Shown piece by piece: positions 59,001-64,000 of a DNA stretch of 64,000 bases; within the stretch, counting starts at the first letter, position 1, and every line of letters begins with the position of its first letter. The stretch is from Asterias rubens. Taxonomy: Eukaryota. The notes below the pieces were generated by a model. The model was not told the DNA's origin. It did not search any database and was given only the letters and a program-made list of their open reading frames with translations. The DNA is taken from NCBI RefSeq assembly GCF_902459465.1, contig NC_047067.1:19964001-20028000 (forward strand), read 5' to 3'. The position numbers were made by a program, and so were the translations under genes.

Positions 59001-62000
59001 GTTGATTCGCTTACAATAACTGCAATGCCCTGACAGCAGTACAGGGCCCAATTTCTTGGCTCTGTTTCTATACCACTGAATTCTTCGCTTTCAATCACCA
59101 TTCTCCGCTTACTGTGCACAAAATTTCTGCGCTAGCTGTGTGAGGGAAGAATGGCTACTAACGTGGTGTACGCATGCAGACAAGCAACAATTTCAGATTC
59201 TTTGCTTAAGGTAAGCGGATTCATGAAATTGGGCCCCGGTCAGGTGGGCTTGTATGTCGGGGTAAGGGTAGGGAATCTTTTTTATCCTGGTAATTTCATT
59301 GATTGCCATCTCTGTTTATTTGTTTTTCTTACCACAGATTAGCAAGACCTTTTGGCTCCATTTTCATTCTAGCAACACCAGTAAGTTACAAAATTGGTTC
59401 ACTGTTGTCTTTAAAATTTAGTGTCGGCTCTCTACCAACTGAGCTTATCTAGCACTAATATTGGCTGCCTGTTGGGAGACCGCAAAATATATAGTTCCAA
59501 AGCTCCTGTATAAATGGTTTAGCAGGATATACTTATATTTTATTTTGTGAGTCCCTCTTTTTGATTCTTTTGTTGTTTTATTCTTTAGGCAGACGCTGCA
59601 CTTGCCTTAATCATCAAATACCTCGAGAGTCAGAGTATTGTGCGCCCTCTAGTGGTCATAATTATCCTGATGAGTGGAATAAATGTGCTCTTACATTTTA
59701 TCCTGGTGTCTGCATTAAGTTATGGAATGATGTAAGTCAAGTTAATATTTAGATCATTTTGATCATTCTTAGGATGAAAAAAAACCGTCTTTCTCTCAAC
59801 TTTTAGTCGTGCATGATTTTCCTTGAAATTGGCAGTGTCTTTACTTCTATAGGGGAAAGCTCTGTTAAAAATAGGCTAAAATAACACATCCTTTTTGTCT
59901 GGCAACTCACACCTGTTATCTTTGTGTAACTCCAAACAGTGGACTCATAATCCGATCATGCACAAACCAGTAGGGCTGCATCAAGTTTAATGACCAAAGT
60001 AATTAAATGTAAGTAAACACACCCACTGGTGAAAAGGAGTATATACTTAAACTGTAACTTTACTCGTATCATTTTTAATAAAGCTCAACTGGTCTCGACT
60101 TAAAAAAGTTACCAACATTCCTTAGCTTAGATGTTAAAATTACAGCGGGATAAAGAATATTCATTTTGGTTTTTACCCATGTGTGTTAGCACTGTATACT
60201 CACTACTTTCCCGAGCTCTGAGTAAACAGTGCTAACATACATCGGTGTATATTGGTAAAAACCAAAATGAGTATTCTTTATCATGATGATCTAGAGTTAA
60301 ACTTTGTGTAAAAAAAATGCATTGTTGTGATTTGTCAACGTTTGTCCTTATTGACTTCTTAATCTTCACAATATTTTGTTTCATTTATCAGAGGTGCTGT
60401 TATCGGCCAAGTAATCAGCTATTATCTTGGAGCATTCATGTCGCTGTTTTACATATACTGGAAAAAACTTCACAAGGAAACTTGGCCTGGTGAGTAAATG
60501 CATGCCTGAAGCCATCTTGCACGAGTTGGCCGAATTGTGATCTGCCTACCAAACCAACCATGCATGACATAGGGGTACACCCAACTAAATAGAGCGTTCT
60601 GTTGAAACGTTCAGTTTTCAACCACTGTTTCTTTTCAGAACCAACAGAGGTGCTGTTATCGGCCAAGTAATCAGCTATTATCTTGGAGCATTCATGTCAG
60701 AACCAACACTACCCACAAGAGCTTTACATGCATGACATATGGGTACACCCGACTAAATAGAGCGTTCTGTTGAAACGTTCAGTTTTCAACCACTGTTTCT
60801 TTTCAGAACCAACACTACCCACAAGAGATTTACACAAGGTGCTACCGCAAACTTCACCTTATTTTATTTCCACCTTGCAAACTTTCAAACTCTACGGACT
60901 GTATCTATTTTTGGAAATGTTTTTTTCATTTCATAAATGCATTAGTGGAGCTTTGGAAAGTGACCATACACAATGACTTCGCACATGTACTAAGAATTTA
61001 ACAAAGTTTCATAAAAATTGTTTGTGTTTTTGACTTCAGGCTGGTCGTGGGAATGCCTGCAGGAGTGGGGGACCGTGTTGAGATTAGGTCTCCCAGGCGT
61101 AGCCGTCATCTGTGTAGAATGGTGGACCTTTGAGACTGGGTATTTTCTCACAGGTGAGTTTTACATTTAAAATACAAATACCATCAGTGGTATGTCATGG
61201 CCGAGCGGATAAGAACACCGAACTCAAGCTCTGGTTCTTCTGTTCAGCAGAGTGTGGGTTCGAATCCCAGTTGTGACACTTGTGTCCCTGAGAAAGACAC
61301 TTAACTATTATTGCTTCTCTCCACCCAGGGGTAAATGGGTACCTGTGAGGGTATAAATGGTTCTTGTGATTGATTTAGCTGAGTAGCGCATATTAATGTT
61401 GCACAAAGCTGTATACTCCCCACCAGGTTTAAGATGGTTTAAGGTGTGATTTAAGGCCCAGTGACCAGGGGTAATAATGTGAAGTGCTTTGGGACGCTCT
61501 CCTGGTGTGAAAAGCGCTATATAAAAACGGGTTATTATTATTATTAGTAAGAAACTTATTTTTCTGTTGTGTATCCCTTCGGGTGATCACTTTGAGTTGC
61601 TTGTATCTTGTTTTTATTTGTTCTAACCATATCATTTTTTTGCTGTAAATGTGTATTTGTTTGTACTTTTTATGTCTCGGAAGAATTAAGCAATGTTAAG
61701 CGATTTCTCATTCAATGTAAAAAAAAAAGCTTGGTTTTGGATGATCCGCTAGTATATGTCATTTGATTTCCCTTAATGTTACATGCAGGTTTGCTTGGCA
61801 AGACTGAGGTTGGTGCTCATGCGATCTTGTTCAGCTTAGGTGGTGTCTGTTGGTCTGTAAGTACTATTTAAATAAAATGATGAATATTTACGAGAGCAAT
61901 GGTGATCTATGATTTGAGTGGAGGATAAAACAAGAAGAACAAACAATATTTAAATTTACCATCTGCAGGCATGTTGCTTAATTATTGAAAGGGCGTGGGC

Positions 62001-63923
62001 AAAAGGCCTTTTCTAAAGCGCATCTCCAACGAGGAAATTTCTATTGGAGCGGTTCAGGGGGACATCAAGGCCATGACATGGGGCAACTGAGGCAATTGCC
62101 TGTTGCCAGCGTGAAGCATCATGTCTGAATTTGGTATCCACTTTTGAATTGTTAGAGCTAAGGGCATTTGTATTGTGTGGTTTTTGTGCAATAGTACAAC
62201 AAAAGATGGGGAAAAAAATGCCTGATAAATAGTACTTTAATTCTTAGAACAGACTGGTGCCTTAATTATTTTTCACAGTGCTCTACTGTCAAAAGACGGG
62301 GTATTCTCCATCAATGATTCTTGTTGCTGAACTGTAACTGAGTTTAGACTAAGTTGTCTTCACTTTTCTTGTAAACAAATGTGCTTGTTTACAATTCGGT
62401 GTATGTCTCTCGTTTATTGTTAGCTTGTATTTTTAAAAACTATTTGTTGACTTGGTTGTAGGTTTCTGCTGGCTTTGGTGTAGGTACTTCTATCCTCATA
62501 GGAAATAACTTAGGAGGCAACAAACCTGACAGGGCCAAGCTTTTTTCTGCTTGCGGCCTCATGCTTGGGAGTAAGTAACCACTCAAAAATATTATAACAA
62601 TAAGAATAGCGCTTGCTTCGAGCATCTCAATGTGCTTTTCATGATAAGCAACAATCAACACTGAAGACTAACAATTACCTGCAATTCTTATCAAGTAATT
62701 GTATAGTATACTAATAATTAATACCATTGTTTTATGAAACAAAAGATGCCTCATAAGTGAATTTAATCACTATAGCTCACAAGCAGGGAAATTCTGGGGT
62801 TCTTAACATTCGTGACCAACCCTAGCACACGAGACCTACAGCTTATAGTCCCAGCCAAAGGATAGGGCAATCCTTCTGATGGAACTAAAGTGACAATCAA
62901 TGCCAATAGAAGAGATTCACGCTTTGTTTCTGGCTGTGGCTGCTGAAGTGACAAATGTTTGCTTTTTTTAACACTTGTTTTGTCTAACCTATACAGCAAC
63001 TGCTTCAGTGGTCTTTATCATTCTATATTTGTCTCTTCAAAATGTTCTTGGATATATCTTCACAACCGATAGGTAAGATGCTCCAAATTGTCTTTTTATT
63101 TATTTTCTTTGTTGAAATTCTTTCGTGAAAAGTTTCTCATGGTGTTACTGCAAATCTAACATTGTATCTCCACCATGCAAAGTTTCCAATCCTACTCATT
63201 TACATGGTGTTACTGCAAACCTTACTAGATTGCATCTCCCCCATGCAAAGTTTCAAATCCTACTCATTTACATGGTGTTACTGCAAACCTTACTAGATTG
63301 CATCTCCCCCATGCAAAGTTTCCAATCCTACTCATTTACATGGTGTTACTGCAAACCTTACTAGATTGCATCTCCCCCATGCAAAGTTTCCAATCCTACT
63401 CATTTACATGGTGTTACTACAAACCTTACTATATTGTATCTCCACCATGCAAAGTTTCAAATCCTACTCATGTACATGGTGTAACCACAAACCTTACTAG
63501 ATTGTATCTCCACCATGCAAAGTTGCAAATCCTACTCATGTATTTGGTGTTACTGCAAACCTTACTAGATTGTATCTCCACCATGCAAAGTTTCAAATCC
63601 TACTCATGTACATGGTGTTACCACAAACCTTTCTAGATTGTATCTCCACCATGCAAAGTTTCAAATCCTACTCATGTACATGGTGTTACCACAAACCTTT
63701 CTAGATTGTATCTCCACCATGCAAAGTTTCAAATCCTACTCATGTATTTGGTGTTACTGCAAAGCTTACTAGATTTGTATCTCTATCAGGCAAAGTTACA
63801 AATCCTACTTGTAGCTATGTTCTTTTCATTTGTGGCTTTATTTCTTATAACAGTGATGTTATTCAGCTAGCTTCAAGTGTTGTTCCCATTTTTGCTGTCT
63901 TCATTCTAGTCGACAGTCTGAAT
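56024..63923 (+). CDS. SLC47A1: MATE family (SLC47A-like) multidrug and toxin extrusion transporter, 5' part (12 exons, 402 codons), continues beyond window
   Basis: Exons 56024-56188, 57486-57587, 58268-58336, 58562-58710, 59338-59380, 59589-59731, 60392-60489, 61040-61153, 61789-61856, 62462-62570, 62997-63072, 63854-63923, all GT-AG and in phase. Motifs: AADTLFSQTYGS..KRVGIILQR, GQDPYIAR, WPGWSWECLQEWG, CVEWWTFETG, GYIFTTD. Exon sizes 102/69/149/43/98/114/68/109/76/70 parallel my recollection of vertebrate SLC47A1. The symbol marks the family, not proven 1:1 orthology. Confidence 0.93.
56800..57345. repeat. 30-bp minisatellite (CCACCTGGTCTGTGGCCAGTGTCCTTCTGG), split by a MITE
   Basis: About 5.5 clean units at 57180-57345 and degenerate units at 56800-56937. 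Confidence 0.8.
56938..57179. mobile_element. PIF/Harbinger-like foldback MITE (GGCCCAATTTCATAGAGCTGCTTAGC subfamily) with CTG target-site duplication
   Basis: About 90-bp inverted arms. CTG at 56935-56937 and 57180-57182. Further, often degraded, family copies at about 19990-20367, 25300-25347, 28170-28745, 36323, 38350-38655, 42529-42820, 48110-48248, 52250-52340 and 53775-53938. Confidence 0.85.
58761..59000 (+). mobile_element. tRNA-derived SINE, third body type; body fragment also at about 23200-23340
   Basis: Same head type, then GAAGGGGG...TTCCAGGCTCAGGAGTAGGTGGCA. Confidence 0.6.
60149..60282. mobile_element. Palindromic MITE; related pieces near 17340-17560 and 36485
   Basis: GATAAAGAATATTCATTTTGGTTTTTACC vs GGTAAAAACCAAAATGAGTATTCTTTATC (28/29). 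Confidence 0.75.
61187..61545 (+). mobile_element. Full-length tRNA-derived SINE with Deu/Nin-like central block and (TTA)n tail; minus-strand partial copies at about 47425-47660 and 50080-50235
   Basis: A box TGGCCGAGCGG, B box GGTTCGAATCCC, body TCTCCACCCAGGGGTAAATGGGTACC, tail AAGCGCTATATAAAAACGGGTTATTATTATTATT. Confidence 0.8.
63138..63810. repeat. 68-bp minisatellite, about 10 copies, in MATE intron 11
   Basis: Unit starts at 63138, 63203, 63271, 63339, 63407, 63475, 63543, 63611, 63679 and 63747. Confidence 0.95.
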
Positions 63924-64000
63924 GTAAGTTTCCATTTTGCATTTAGATATTTCACAATATTAGCAACTTACCGCCTAGAACTCTGAGATGTTTTTGTGCT

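Noticed and set aside
60436-60666. YLVGCT resembling the RGP A chain (CCLVGCT); also FTCCNVC near 15600
   Set aside because: Both lack the CCxxxCx8C pattern, dibasic sites and a partner B-chain exon. Chance similarity; no second insulin-like gene was found.
63125-63636. ORFs of 79 and 112 aa
   Set aside because: Translations of the 68-bp minisatellite.

Overview
Intron-rich, AT-rich, repeat-laden eukaryotic DNA, almost certainly from a sea star of the genus Asterias, because the peptide hormone it encodes matches my recollection of Asterias RGP. Three protein-coding genes could be rebuilt exon by exon with GT-AG junctions and consistent phases. (1) The relaxin-like gonad-stimulating peptide precursor RGP/GSS, the starfish spawning hormone: minus strand, 2 coding exons, 109 aa. 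(2) A complete CEP290 orthologue: plus strand, 50 coding exons, 22076-53770, about 2487 aa by manual exon summation. (3) The 5' 12 exons of a MATE/SLC47 transporter: plus strand from 56024, running off the window. The rest is MITEs (PIF/Harbinger-like and others), tRNA-derived SINEs, a decayed Gypsy pol fragment, a Crypton-like hairpin element and minisatellites. The most interesting signals are: half-exon tandem duplications in CEP290 that created one in-frame and two stop-containing candidate exons with intact splice sites; a TATA/Inr/donor unit about 9 kb upstream that may be the true RGP first exon, back-to-back with CEP290; a CRE-CArG-CRE module; a templated exon-fragment insertion in the MATE gene; and a MITE whose TIR deletion created an AATAAA just after the CEP290 stop. 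Gene identities come from remembered protein sequences, not database searches. Repeat family assignments and boundaries are approximate. No CRISPR array, rRNA or bona fide tRNA gene was found.
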